Notes: generated by a model not told the origin, from the sequence alone. Shown: positions 10,421-21,124, counted from the first letter of the stretch. The stretch is DNA of 32,000 bases from Wolbachia endosymbiont strain TRS of Brugia malayi (GCF_000008385.1 NC_006833.1:420001-452000), one strand, 5' to 3'. Numbers and translations are program-made.

Positions 10421-10791
10421 TTCTCTTTCCTAAATTTAACTCTCTTGATCTTTAAATAAATTTCTACGCCAGGAGGAGGAGGAGGAAAAAAAGATGAATC
10501 TCCAAGCATCTGCATCATAGCAGGAGTAAGACCATGTAAAACAATCAACCGCCCAGAAGTCCTCTGTTCAAATTGCTCACGAGATTTTTTATCAACATGA
10601 GGAGATCTATTAAAGTCAAATTTAGAATTCCTTCTTCGTAATGCAACAGGACCTGACAACTCTGCACTAGAATGCTTAAACTTGTCTTTAAATCTACGAA
10701 CAAACTCTTTAACATACTTCTCTAACTTTAAACAATCAAAAGCTCTACTTATAATATATGCAACTTGCTCTACTTCAGCCACTATACCCAC
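10417..10791 (-). CDS. rpsJ: 30S ribosomal protein S10 (start uncertain: GTG at 10791 or GTG at 10782)
   Basis: S10-like core ([14 protein letters not shown]...[37 protein letters not shown]). A GGAG lies 8 nt upstream of the GTG at 10782..10780, which shares one base with the tuf stop (TAGTG). C-terminus has PPPPP plus a basic tail. Confidence 0.9.
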   Translation of the reverse strand: MGIVAEVEQVAYIISRAFDCLKLEKYVKEFVRRFKDKFKHSSAELSGPVALRRRNSKFDFNRSPHVDKKSREQFEQRTSGRLIVLHGLTPAMMQMLGDSSFFPPPPPGVEIYLKIKRVKFRKEK

Positions 10792-11981
10792 TCCAAAATT
10801 TCAGAAACAACACCAGAACCAACAGTTCTACCTCCTTCTCTTATTGCAAAGCGCAATCCCTTATCCATCGCTATCGGTACTTGCAATTCTACCTCTATAC
10901 TTACATTATCTCCAGGCATTACCATCTCTTTCCCTTCTAGCAATTTTATACTTCCCGTCACATCTGTCGTCCTTAAATAAAATTGTGGCTGATAATTCGC
11001 AAAAAATGGTGTATGCCTTCCTCCCTCTTCTTTCTTTAATATGTAAACTTCTGCCTTGAACTTCCTGTGCGGCGTTATTGTTCCTGGTTTTGCTAATACT
11101 TGTCCCCTCTCTACTTCTTCCCTCTTCGTCCCTCTTAGCAATATCCCCACATTTAACCCTGCACTTCCTTTTTCTAGCAATTTCTTAAACATTTCCACAC
11201 CAGTGCATGTTGTCTTCTGTGTAGCTTTCAGACCTATTATCTCTATCTCATCACCTATCTTTATCTCCCCTTTTTCTATTCTTCCTGTTACTACCGTTCC
11301 ACGTCCCGATATCGAAAATACATCTTCAATCGGCAATAGGAACGGTAAATCTACAGATCTTGGTGGCACTTCTACATAGTCATCCAACCTCTCCATCAAT
11401 TTGTCTATTGACTTCTTCCCATATTCACCGTCATCATCCTCCAGCGCTTTCAATGCAGATCCAATTACCACTGGAACTTCATCACCTGGAAACCCATATT
11501 TACTCAGCAATTCTCTCACTTCCATTTCTACCAAACCTATCATATCAGGATCGGATACATCAGCTTTATTTATATATACTACAATATACCCAACACCAAC
11601 TTGCTTCGCGAGTAATATGTGCTCTCTCGTCTGCGGCATAGGTCCATCAACTCCCGATACTACCAATATCGCCGCATCCATCTGCGCTGCACCTACTATC
11701 ATGTTCTTCACATAGTCAGCGTGCCCAGGACAATCAACATGTGCATAATGTCTCTTCTCCGTTTGATATTCAACATGTGCTGTTGCAATCGTTATTCCTC
11801 TTTTCCTCTCTTCTGGTGCCTTATCTATTTGATCATACGCTACAAAATTTCCATAATGCTTTGTTATTGCTGCTGTCAATGTTGTCTTCCCATGGTCCAC
11901 ATGTCCTATCGTTCCTACATTGACATGCGGCTTCCCAAATGCTTCCACTACTTGCGCTGTAGCTTCTACTGCTGTTGTCAT
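10782..11981 (-). CDS. tuf: elongation factor Tu
   Basis: 399-aa ORF with GTPase motifs [18 protein letters not shown] and NKAD. Lies between fusA and rpsJ. Confidence 0.98.
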   Translation of the reverse strand: MTTAVEATAQVVEAFGKPHVNVGTIGHVDHGKTTLTAAITKHYGNFVAYDQIDKAPEERKRGITIATAHVEYQTEKRHYAHVDCPGHADYVKNMIVGAAQMDAAILVVSGVDGPMPQTREHILLAKQVGVGYIVVYINKADVSDPDMIGLVEMEVRELLSKYGFPGDEVPVVIGSALKALEDDDGEYGKKSIDKLMERLDDYVEVPPRSVDLPFLLPIEDVFSISGRGTVVTGRIEKGEIKIGDEIEIIGLKATQKTTCTGVEMFKKLLEKGSAGLNVGILLRGTKREEVERGQVLAKPGTITPHRKFKAEVYILKKEEGGRHTPFFANYQPQFYLRTTDVTGSIKLLEGKEMVMPGDNVSIEVELQVPIAMDKGLRFAIREGGRTVGSGVVSEILEWV

Positions 11982-11992
11982 AATCGTTACCC

Positions 11993-14059
11993 TTAATTAT
12001 ACTTTAACTCATTGACCACATACTGTGGTACTTGTTCATAACAAGAAAAATGCATGCTATATTGAGCTCTTCCTTGAGACATAGAACGCAAAACATTTAT
12101 ATAACCAAACATACTTGCAAGAGGCACTAAAGCAAGAATTATAGTGCTATTATTATGTGTCTCCATACTTAAAACCTGTCCCCTCCTACTATTTACATCG
12201 CCCATAATATCGCCCATATATTCCTCAGGTGTAATAATCTCAACTTTCATTATAGGCTCTAACATTTTTGGGCCAGCCTTACTTGCCATTTCTTTAAAAG
12301 CACCCTTAGCAGCTAGCTCAAAAGCCAAAGGGCTTGAATCAACTTCGTGAAAAGCACCATCAATAAGAGTAGCCTTAAAATCGATAACCGGAAAGCCAGA
12401 AACCATACCTCCTTCTTTTATCAATTCCAGACCATTTTGTACACCAGGAATATATTCTTTTGGAATTGCACCACCTACAATTTTACTTTCAAATTGAAAT
12501 CCAGAACCAGCCTCAAGAGGCTCAAACAAAATCTTTACTTTAGCAAATTGACCAGCACCTCCTGATTGCTTCTTATGCGTGTAATCAATTTCAACAGATT
12601 TAGTAATAGTCTCACGATATGCAACTTGAGGAGCGCCAATATTGACATCAACGTTAAATTCACGCTTTACTCTATCAGTAATGATTTCAAGATGTAACTC
12701 GCCCATACCTTTTAATATAGTCTGACCATTTTCTGCATTCACTGACATTCTTAAAGAAGGATCTTCTGCAACTAACCTACTTAAAGCAATACCCAACTTC
12801 TCCTGATCTGAAGTAGTTCTAGGTTCTACAGCAATTTCAATAACAGGTTCAGGAAATTCCATACGTTCTAACAATATAGGAAAATCAGATGAACATAAAG
12901 TATCACCAGTGATTGCTTTCTTCAATCCCACTAAAGCAACTATATCCCCAACTTTAGCTTCGTTTATATCTTCCCTATTGTTTGCATGCATAAGTAACAT
13001 TCTACCAATTCCTTCAGTCTCATTTTTTCCTGCATTTAACACAGTAGATTTAGACTTTAACTTACCGGAATAAATACGAATAAACGTTAAGCTACCCACA
13101 AATTTATCTGTCATCACCTTAAATGCAAGAGCAACAAATTTCTCTTTTTCTGAAGGTTTAACCTTAATTTTCTTTTCTAAATCCTTAGGATCGGTTCCAA
13201 CAACTTCATCAACATCAACAGGAGAAGGTAAAAAATCAACTATACTGTCTAAAAGTGGTTGCACGCCTTTATTTTTAAATGCTGATCCACACAACACAGG
13301 AACAAATGCTCCTTTGATAGCTCCACTTCTCACGCATCTTTTCAACAAATCTACTGGCAAGTCGTTAGATTCAAAGTAAGCATTCATTGCTTCATCATCC
13401 ATTCCAGCAGCAGTGTCTAATAAAAGATTTCGATACTCTTGAGCCTTATCAAGTAAATCAGAAGGAATATCTTCATAAGAAAATTTAGCACCTAATGTCT
13501 CTTCTTCCCATATAATGGCTTTCATAGAAATTAGATCAACTACACCTTTAAAATCTTTTTCACTCCCTATTGGTAGCTGAATGACTAAAGGTACTACCCC
13601 AAGCTTACTCTTTATCATATTAACACATCGATAAAAATCGACTCCTATTCTATCCATCTTGTTAATAAAACAGACACGAGGAACACTATACTTATCAGCT
13701 TGACGCCAAACAGTCTCAGATTGAGGTTCAACTCCCGCAACTCCATCAAATACAGCAACTGCACCATCTAAAACTCTTAAAGACCTTTCGACTTCAATAG
13801 TAAAGTCAACATGCCCGGGAGTGTCTATTATATTGATTCTATAACCATTCCAAAAACAAGTTGTTGCAGCAGACGTGATTGTAATACCACGTTCTTTTTC
13901 TTGCTCCATCCAATCCATAGAAGCTGCACCATCATGCACTTCACCAATTCTATTTTGCTTACCAGTATAAAATAAAATACGCTCTGTTGTGGTAGTCTTA
14001 CCAGCATCTATATGAGCCATTATACCTATATTTCTGTATTTGGATATATCAATTTCCAT
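11993..14059 (-). CDS. fusA: elongation factor G
   Basis: 688-aa ORF with motifs [20 protein letters not shown] and NKMD. Its position in the str operon is canonical. Confidence 0.98.
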
Positions 14060-14080
14060 ATTACCATCAATTAGCTAATG

Positions 14081-14560
14081 TTAAAAACGAAGATGAGAAA
14101 AAGCCTTGTTAGCTTCAGCCATTTTATATTTTTCTTCACACATCTTAAATGCACCGCCGCGTTTATTATATGCATCCAATATTTCAGAGCACAAACACTT
14201 AAAAAACCCTTTTCCACTTTTTTTTCGCATAGCAGAAGCTGATTTAACAATCCACCTCAACGCCAAAGAAACAGCTCTATCTTTTTTAACTTCAACAGGC
14301 ACTTGATAAGTTGCACCACCAATACGACGGGAACGCACTTCTACAGAAGGTGTAACATTCTCCACTGCCGTTTCAAAAATTGACACTCCTCTTTCATTCA
14401 CCTCTTTTTCAGCTGAAGACAAAGCATTATAGACAATTTTTTCTGCAACGGATTTTTTACCATATTTCATGATTACATTAATGAAACGCATCAGTAAAAC
14501 ACTATCGTAACGCGAATCGGGACTTATTTTTCTCTTCCTTGCTTTATTTCGACGAGCCAT
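14081..14560 (-). CDS. rpsG: 30S ribosomal protein S7
   Basis: 159-aa ORF that is S7-like ([19 protein letters not shown]). Confidence 0.96.
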   Translation of the reverse strand: MARRNKARKRKISPDSRYDSVLLMRFINVIMKYGKKSVAEKIVYNALSSAEKEVNERGVSIFETAVENVTPSVEVRSRRIGGATYQVPVEVKKDRAVSLALRWIVKSASAMRKKSGKGFFKCLCSEILDAYNKRGGAFKMCEEKYKMAEANKAFSHLRF

Positions 14561-14566
14561 AAAACC

Positions 14567-14941
14567 TTAACTAGATTTTTTTACACCATATTTTGAACGA
14601 GCCTTTTTGCGATTTTGTACACCACGCAGATCAAGAGCACCTCTTATTATATGATAACGCACACCTGGTAAATCTTTAACCCGACCACCACGTATTAAAA
14701 CAACAGAGTGCTCTTGTAAATTATGGCCTTCACCAGGTATATAAGCTGTCACTTCACCATACCCACTAATTCTTACTCTAGCCACTTTACGTAGTGCTGA
14801 GTTAGGCTTCCTAGGAGTTGTAGTGTACACTTTAGTGCAAACACCTCTTCTCTGGGGGTTGCTTTTCCCCAAGGCTGGTACCTTCTTCTTACAGGACAAT
14901 TTCAATCTGCCCTTACGTACCAATTGATTTATCGTAGGCAT
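14567..14941 (-). CDS. rpsL: 30S ribosomal protein S12
   Basis: 124-aa ORF with an S12 N-terminus ([12 protein letters not shown]) and [16 protein letters not shown]. Confidence 0.97.
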   Translation of the reverse strand: MPTINQLVRKGRLKLSCKKKVPALGKSNPQRRGVCTKVYTTTPRKPNSALRKVARVRISGYGEVTAYIPGEGHNLQEHSVVLIRGGRVKDLPGVRYHIIRGALDLRGVQNRKKARSKYGVKKSS

Positions 14942-16831
14942 ATGTTAAAAACCCAAGCTCATTAAAATAACTTAAGTTCTAGTTTTAAAATAATAAACCT
15001 CAATAGTCAATATAAAAATAAACATTACTATTCTAATAATTCGAGCTTACTAAATTCTTAATAACAATAGATTCCTTGTGTAATTATTATTTGAGAAAAA
15101 AGCTTAGCGTATGATCAGAAAAAAAGAACCTGCTCAGATAACAGAGTTCTATATAGATCGACCCTGTTGTGAATCTGCATCCTTGCTCCTTTCAACTTGT
15201 TCTGCAAAAGATGTCTCCTGCTCACTAGTATACTGAAGTGGCTTAGCAATTTCATGCACAACAGCAGTAACTGCAGTCAAGAACGCTTTCAATAACGCAC
15301 CTAGACTCCTCCAAATTGCTTCCCTACCATATATACGAGCTTATTTTCATTGTCATCAGCGATTTCCCCCTGCCCTTCTTTTTGGACCCATTCTATGAGC
15401 AATAACTGAAGACAACACTTCCCTTAAAAGACTTCATTCGTTTCTTTGCTTTATGAACATCTCCATCGCTTGCTGCCTCATGTCCATGGCTTAAGTGCTT
15501 AGCGTTCATTAGCTCCTTTTGTTGCTGAGCAAACATACCACTTAACACTTCTCCCATTATTTGTTTCCTTCGTTTTTCCATGACTCTTTCTCATAGACTC
15601 TAATTTATCACGAGTATGCTTTGCAGTTTAATTCTATATCAATAATCTTCAGATGCTGCCTAACTATACAAAGTTTCTATTAGCCTACCTACACTTCGCT
15701 TTACTTGCATAGTCCTTTTGTAACTATCTAAATTATTGATTCCTTCATCAATTTGATCTAAAATGTCCCTAAAAGTTTTTAAATAGCCTTAGATATACTG
15801 TGCTATATCTTTCTCTTTGTGTTGCTCTTCTTGGTTTAGCTGACTTCATTTTTTAAACCCCTCTCTATCTATAATCTTTATTTTCTCTACTATTATTGTT
15901 TCCTTTTCTAAAAGATAATCGCCATTCATAATTTGATTAAAATTTCCACCAACTACTATTGTATATGAAAAGATTAAATTGATGTTAATGGAGGGTATTT
16001 ACAACTTCAGCTCTAGCTAAAACCATAGTGAAGCTGTCAAAGCAGCGGGGTCATATAACCTCTCATACAGTTCAATAAACATCTGAGCCTAACCTTCTCT
16101 CTAGCATTAAAATTAATTTTATAAATCATTATTAGAGTTCAATATAGCAGAATTACATGACAATTCATCAGCCAATATGGAGTCTAAAATTCCGTTAATT
16201 TTTATTGTAATGTGTCTGCTTTCTAGCACAACCTAATACTTTTCCCCAGCTAAAAGAAGAAATATCTTTTATTTTCTCTATGTATTATGCAAAGTAAACC
16301 TCAAATTTCGTATATTATTTAATACGACAAAATTATTATCATGACCTTTAATCTTTAGCTGCAACTTGCTCATTATCACCCCCTTTTATAAAAATATCAA
16401 AGTTAATTGTCGATGTGAGACTTCATCATGCTGATCTATAGCACAATCACTCTCTAAAATGGTTTCATTATCAAGACCTCTAATACCCTCAAGTATCAAG
16501 TTAATAAGTTTTGTAACGGCAAACGCACTACTTATATGATAAGTATATAAGTCGCATAAGAATCTTGCCTTCGTAGCAAAATTGGATAGCGTATGAAGGT
16601 TGTTATGATTTACCATGTGAAATCTCAAGTAGGGAATAGTGATCCGCTTAGGCAAGTAATTATAAATTTAGTAACGTGTTTCCTTAAATTAGAGTCCGTT
16701 TTAGTGCTGCATAAATGCTATTGTACAACTCATTTATAACCTGAATTTTCTCTATAATTGACCCATTTGTCCACGCTTATTTAAAAAACAACCCATGGTT
16801 TACGGAATGGGGAATACACCTCCTTCACTTC
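14942..16831 (-). other. ORF-poor decayed tract (broken minus-strand reading frames, function unassigned)
   Basis: No ORF over 89 aa on either strand. On the minus strand there are several SD-preceded short frames: GAAGGAGG at 16819-16826, and AAAGGGGG plus an ATG at 16373. There are also stop-interrupted frames such as ..RDILDQIDEGINNLDSYKRTMQVKRSVGRLIETLYS* and ..GALLKAFLTAVTAVVHEIAKPLQYTSEQETSFAEQVERSKDADSQQGRSI* (stop at 15149-15151). Confidence 0.5.
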
Positions 16832-17320
16832 AGACAAATATCTACTCACCTCCAATTTCACGATTTTTATAAAGAGCAGAAACATGCTGCATAATGCCTA
16901 GCTTTATCCGTCCAGGAACACTGTCATAGCCGGCTTCATATACAACATCAACCCTTATTGCATAAGAATAATTGAAAAATTCAACGTAGTCTCCTGCATA
17001 ACTGAAACGATATTTAAGTGTTCTCTTCTCTTAACTTTTAGATATTGTGCAGTAGCAGATATTATTACCTTAATAGTATCATAGCTTAAATAGATTCTAT
17101 GAAGTACATAACCTTCACAATAAAACTTGCCACGTTTGTTTTACTAGCGAATTTTTCATATACCATCCAGCGTAATCGGTTGCTATAAAAATTAGATTTG
17201 AAATCAACTTATCATCTTGAGCATTTTCAATGCGCAAAAAAGATTTAACTTCCTTCAAAGTCACTGGAAGAGATCCAGGCTTAGATTTATGCTGCAATAT
17301 ATTCTTGCTGAAATAGACAT
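16832..17320 (-). pseudogene. phage/GTA-type gp6-like head-tail connector (DNA-packaging) protein, frameshifted
   Basis: AAGGAGGG (17326-17333) plus an ATG at 17320 opens a frame that dies after 19 codons. The next frame (track ORF 17115..17297) reads ..LPVTLKEVKSFLRIENAQDDKLISNLIFIATDYAGWYMKNSLVKQTWQ. A third frame reads ..YAGDYVEFFNYSYAIRVDVVYEAGYDSVPGRIKLGIMQHVSALYKNREIGGE* (stop at 16832-16834). The N-terminal L..vK.hLRi..d.dD..i..li.aA and C-terminal v.Y.AGY...P..ik.ai..lv..lY.NRe patterns are those I associate with this family. Confidence 0.75.
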
Positions 17321-18091
17321 AATAACCCTCCTTATATGTGTGTATAGCGTAAGTAAGATTTCCCCTGCTAATAGGATCTATGGCTTTGAGATACCATAAG
17401 AATGTCGAGAAACTACACCTATTTCAGCTAAACTTCTCGCATTCAATATTAAGTTAAATCTGTATAGCAGCAATTCTAAATGCTTGAAAATTTTGAACTT
17501 TTTACTATAAATTCCTTACTGTTGTCCTACTACATTAAGGAGAAAACGTATTAAAGCTATTTCTCCCTTTTTGTTAATAAAAATCAAACTTACAGCGTAT
17601 TCAACTAGGCTAGGTTTCAGCAAATTAACATTTTGAGGATAAATATTATTGAAGATGAAGTTTAACTCCCTAGCAAGCAAATTGCGAAATTTTTGTACAC
17701 TATTATATGCGATATTTTTAAGCTTATGCGCAAATTCGTCTTGAGCAACAGCTGTTAATTCTTAATTTCTTCATAAAATTATTTCAGCTCCTTTCTCTTA
17801 CTCTTAAAAATTTTTGTGAAAGTTTTCATATTTATTTAACTTAACCACTATTGCAGTTATAATGATGATGAAAAACTACCAAAGTAAAAAATTTATACTC
17901 CACCTATAACTGTACAAACATCTGATTGGAAGGTAAGCTCTTCTTCCATAATTCGAATAGCTGACACTGATTACGGATATTGTTTTCTACTCATTCTCTC
18001 AGAACATGTTATTTACTGAATAACTTGCAAATACTCTTTACTAGATTCCAGCATCAAGCACTATCTTAAGGCTTTAACCTCTTACAATACT

Positions 18092-18889
18092 CTAACGCAC
18101 AAATACCCCAATCCCATCAGCGTATAAGTTTGTATGGCTTTTTCCAGTGTTGAGCAGTGCTAGCCCGATGTTGTCTATGCTAGAGCGCAGTTCCCCTACT
18201 TCCTCATTATTTTCATTCGTTACTTTGGTGCCAATATTGGGCAGTGCATTATCCCCCTCAACAAGGTAAAGCTTTTTTCTGAATATTTCTTGTCTGCTCA
18301 TTCGACTTACAACTTCCTGACCTATATAACATCCCTTGTTAAAGCTTATACCGTTTATCTTATCGATTAAATATTGCAGCGGAAACGACAAATTTTGCAC
18401 CATATCTTTCGCTCCATCTGGAACAAGATTTTGGATTCTCACTCTTTCATATTGAGCAAAATCTCCAACTAGTTCCTTTATTTCATTTTTGTGTATTATC
18501 CTCATTTCCAATAACTTATGCCTTGGGTCTTGAAAAATAACCTGTGACTCATTGCTACACTCCGTTGACTTAGTATCAAACAAAATCCCAACCTTATATA
18601 GTGCACTAATGTCCTTAATCTTCACTCTTAAATAAGTTTTGAGCAAATCTAGTTTCTCAATTATTTGTTGCAAGTACATGTTTTCACATTCCAAGAGGAT
18701 ACATTTACCATATTCAATGAGAAAAAAATCGTATAGGTATTTTCCCTGAGGACTAAGTAATAAAGAATAAATAGCCTTTTGGCTATTTAACTTATTGATA
18801 TCATTTGTTATAACACCCTGCAGGAAATCCCTCGTATCTGGGCCGTATAAAACTATTACACCACGGCTTGGCAATGGTATATAACCCAT
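18092..18889 (-). CDS. ygfZ: YgfZ/GcvT-like folate-binding protein
   Basis: Track ORF 18092..18922 starts at a GTG. The ATG at 18889 (MGYIPLPSRGVIVLYGPDTRDFLQGVITNDI) is the likelier start. Carries the family motif KGCYIGQEVVSRM. Confidence 0.85.
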   Translation of the reverse strand: MGYIPLPSRGVIVLYGPDTRDFLQGVITNDINKLNSQKAIYSLLLSPQGKYLYDFFLIEYGKCILLECENMYLQQIIEKLDLLKTYLRVKIKDISALYKVGILFDTKSTECSNESQVIFQDPRHKLLEMRIIHKNEIKELVGDFAQYERVRIQNLVPDGAKDMVQNLSFPLQYLIDKINGISFNKGCYIGQEVVSRMSRQEIFRKKLYLVEGDNALPNIGTKVTNENNEEVGELRSSIDNIGLALLNTGKSHTNLYADGIGVFVR

Positions 18890-18970
18890 AAAATTTCTAC
18901 TAATAATGAACCTAAATTTCACTATACAGCATCGAGCACTTCTCGTCTTCTCATATTTTACAAGTTCCAG

Positions 18971-18999
18971 CCCTTGAAATCTAACTTACAAATGCATAT
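18971..18999 (+). promoter_or_regulatory. sigma32 (heat-shock)-type promoter candidate for groES-groEL
   Basis: CCCTTGAA (18971-18978), a 13-nt spacer, then ATGCATAT (18992-18999). The E. coli-type consensus is CCCTTGAA-N13-15-CCCCATnT. It sits about 38 nt upstream of the groES ATG. Confidence 0.45.
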
Positions 19000-19036
19000 A
19001 TAGATTTATAGGTTAATTTGTTGATGAGGAAAACGA

Positions 19037-19327
19037 ATGTCAAGTATAAGCTTAAGTGTATTGGATGATAGTGTTCTGATTAAACCTATCAATGAAGAAA
19101 AGCAAGGTGGGATTGTACTTCCATCAAGTGCTGAAAAGAAACCTACTAAAGGTGAAGTTATAGCAATCGGTGAAGGTTCACGCAATTCAAGTGGCGAACG
19201 CATAGCTTTGACTGTAAAAGCTGGTGATAAAGTGTTTTATCGCCAATGGGCTGGTACAGAAATAGAACACGGTAGTGAAAAGCTTATCGTAATGAAGGAG
19301 TCAGATATACTTGCTATTATTAAGTAG
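19037..19327 (+). CDS. groES: co-chaperonin GroES
   Basis: 96-aa ORF that is GroES-like ([24 protein letters not shown]...) and lies immediately upstream of groEL. Confidence 0.97.
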   Translation: MSSISLSVLDDSVLIKPINEEKQGGIVLPSSAEKKPTKGEVIAIGEGSRNSSGERIALTVKAGDKVFYRQWAGTEIEHGSEKLIVMKESDILAIIK

Positions 19328-19428
19328 CAGTCTTTATTTTTACTAAATTAAAACAAAGCACAATATAGTGCATTACAAATAATTTTATTATAGTTTTCTA
19401 AGTTTTTTATTAACAAGAGGTGATAAAA

Positions 19429-21081
19429 ATGACTAATGTAGTAGTGTCAGGTGAACAGTTGCAAGAAGCTTTTCGTGAAGTTGCAGTGATGGTGGACTCA
19501 ACGGTAGCAATAACTGCTGGACCTAGAGGAAAAACAGTAGGGATTAATAAGCCCTATGGAGCACCAGAAATTACAAAAGATGGTTATAAGGTAATGAAGG
19601 GTATTAAGCCTGAAAAACCTTTACATGCTGCAATAACAAGCATCTTTGCTCAAAGTTGTTTTCAATGTAATGATAAAGTTGGTGATGGTACAACAACGTG
19701 TTCAATACTAACTAGCAACATGATAATGGAAGCTTTAAAGTCAATTGCCGCTGGAAACGATCGTGTTAGCATCAAAAACGGGATGCAAAAGGCAAAAGAT
19801 GCAGTATTAGAAGGGATTACATCAATGTCCCGCACAATTCCTTTGGAAAAAATGGATGAAGTAGCACAAGTTGCAATAATTTCTGCAAATGGTGATAAGG
19901 ATATTGGTAATAGCATTGCTGATGCTGTTAAAAAAGTTGGAAAAGAAGGTGTGATTACCGTTGAAGAAAGTAAGGGCTCAAAAGAGTTAGAAGTTGAGCT
20001 TACTACTGGTATGCAATTTGATCGCGGTTATCTTTCTCCATACTTTATCACAAGTAATGAGAAAATGATTGTAGAATTTGATGATCCATATCTCTTAATT
20101 ACAGAGAAAAAATTGAGTATTATACAGCCATTGCTTCCTATTCTTGAAGCTGTTGTTAAGTCTGGTAAACCTTTACTTATTATTGCAGAAGATATTGAAG
20201 GTGAAGCATTAAGTACTTTGGTTATCAACAAATTGCGTGGTGGTCTAAAAGTTACTGCAGTGAAAGCTCCAGGTTTTGGAGATAGAAGAAAAGAGATGCT
20301 TGAAGATATAGCAGCTTTAACTGGTGCTAAATATGTAATAAAAGACGAGCTTGGAATCAAGATGGAAGACCTAACTCTTGAAGATCTTGGTACTGCTAAA
20401 AATGTTAAAGTTACTAAAGATAATACTACAATTGTCAGCGGAAGCAGTGACTCTGATAGAGTAAAAGCTAGAGTCGAGCAGATCAAATCTCAAATTGAAA
20501 CCTCAACTTCTGATTATGATAAAGAAAAGCTAAGGGAGCGTTTAGCAAAGCTATCAGGTGGCGTTGCTGTGCTTAAAGTCGGTGGAGTAACTGAAGTAGA
20601 AGTTAAAGAGCGTAGAGATAGAGTTGAGGATGCATTACATGCAACAAGAGCTGCAATTGAAGAAGGTATAGTTCCAGGTGGTGGAGTTGCACTTCTTTAT
20701 GCTTCGTCTGCTCTCGATAAGCTAAAAGGTGGAAGTGATGAAGAACAGATAGGTATAAATATTATCAAGAAAGTTCTCAGTGCCCCAATCAAGAGATTAG
20801 TTAAAAATGCTGGCCTTGAGTCCGCTGTTATAATTGATCATTTGACTAAGCAGAATGATAAAGAGCTTATATATAATGTCGAGGCTATGAATTATGCTAA
20901 TGCATTTACTGCCGGTGTCATTGATCCAGCAAAGGTAGTACGTATTGCTTTTGAAACAGCGATATCCGTTGCAAGTGTGCTGATTACTACTGAATCTATG
21001 ATAGTTGATGTACCAAACAAGGAAGAAAACGCTTCATCTTCTATGGGTGCAGGCGGCATGGGTGGAATGAATGGATTCTAA
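19429..21081 (+). CDS. groEL: chaperonin GroEL
   Basis: The track ORF starts at a GTG at 19420. The ATG at 19429 follows AGAGGTGA at good spacing. GroEL motifs AGDGTTT-like (VGDGTTTCS) and VAVLKVGG, with a C-terminal GGM repeat ([12 protein letters not shown]). Confidence 0.98.
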   Translation: MTNVVVSGEQLQEAFREVAVMVDSTVAITAGPRGKTVGINKPYGAPEITKDGYKVMKGIKPEKPLHAAITSIFAQSCFQCNDKVGDGTTTCSILTSNMIMEALKSIAAGNDRVSIKNGMQKAKDAVLEGITSMSRTIPLEKMDEVAQVAIISANGDKDIGNSIADAVKKVGKEGVITVEESKGSKELEVELTTGMQFDRGYLSPYFITSNEKMIVEFDDPYLLITEKKLSIIQPLLPILEAVVKSGKPLLIIAEDIEGEALSTLVINKLRGGLKVTAVKAPGFGDRRKEMLEDIAALTGAKYVIKDELGIKMEDLTLEDLGTAKNVKVTKDNTTIVSGSSDSDRVKARVEQIKSQIETSTSDYDKEKLRERLAKLSGGVAVLKVGGVTEVEVKERRDRVEDALHATRAAIEEGIVPGGGVALLYASSALDKLKGGSDEEQIGINIIKKVLSAPIKRLVKNAGLESAVIIDHLTKQNDKELIYNVEAMNYANAFTAGVIDPAKVVRIAFETAISVASVLITTESMIVDVPNKEENASSSMGAGGMGGMNGF

Positions 21082-21092
21082 GTAAACGAAAC

Positions 21093-21124
21093 CTTGGAGC
21101 AAATTGCTCCAAGGATATCTTTTA
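21093..21124 (+). terminator. rho-independent terminator of groESL
   Basis: Perfect 10-bp stem CCTTGGAGCA / TGCTCCAAGG (21093-21115) with a 3-nt loop, followed by a short TTTT run (21121-21124). It lies 12 nt after the groEL stop. Confidence 0.8.

Noticed and set aside
10461-10477. AGGAGGAGGAGGAGG on the plus strand, which looks like tandem Shine-Dalgarno sites or a microsatellite regulatory element.
   Set aside because: It is the reverse complement of the five CCT proline codons of rpsJ. No plus-strand gene follows.
10682-11996. Eight stacked plus-strand ORFs over tuf (up to 125 aa).
   Set aside because: They are antisense to EF-Tu. They exist because the antisense strand is pyrimidine-rich and therefore poor in stop codons (see the tuf composition finding). 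Translations are Ser/Pro/Leu/Cys-rich and look like nonsense.
12144-14306. Plus-strand ORFs 12144..12350, 12347..12565 and 14106..14306.
   Set aside because: They are antisense to fusA and rpsG, with no independent support.
14982-15010. Possible rpsL promoter on the minus strand: TTGACT (15010..15005), a 17-nt spacer, then TAAAAC (14987..14982).
   Set aside because: The -10 element is weak, and in AT-rich DNA such matches are frequent. I could not distinguish it from chance.
17217-17399. 60-aa plus-strand ORF.
   Set aside because: It is antisense to the gp6-like connector pseudogene and its SD/ATG, with no motif.
19006-20486. Minus-strand ORFs 19006..19203, 19662..19916 and 20028..20486.
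   Set aside because: They are antisense shadows of groES and groEL.
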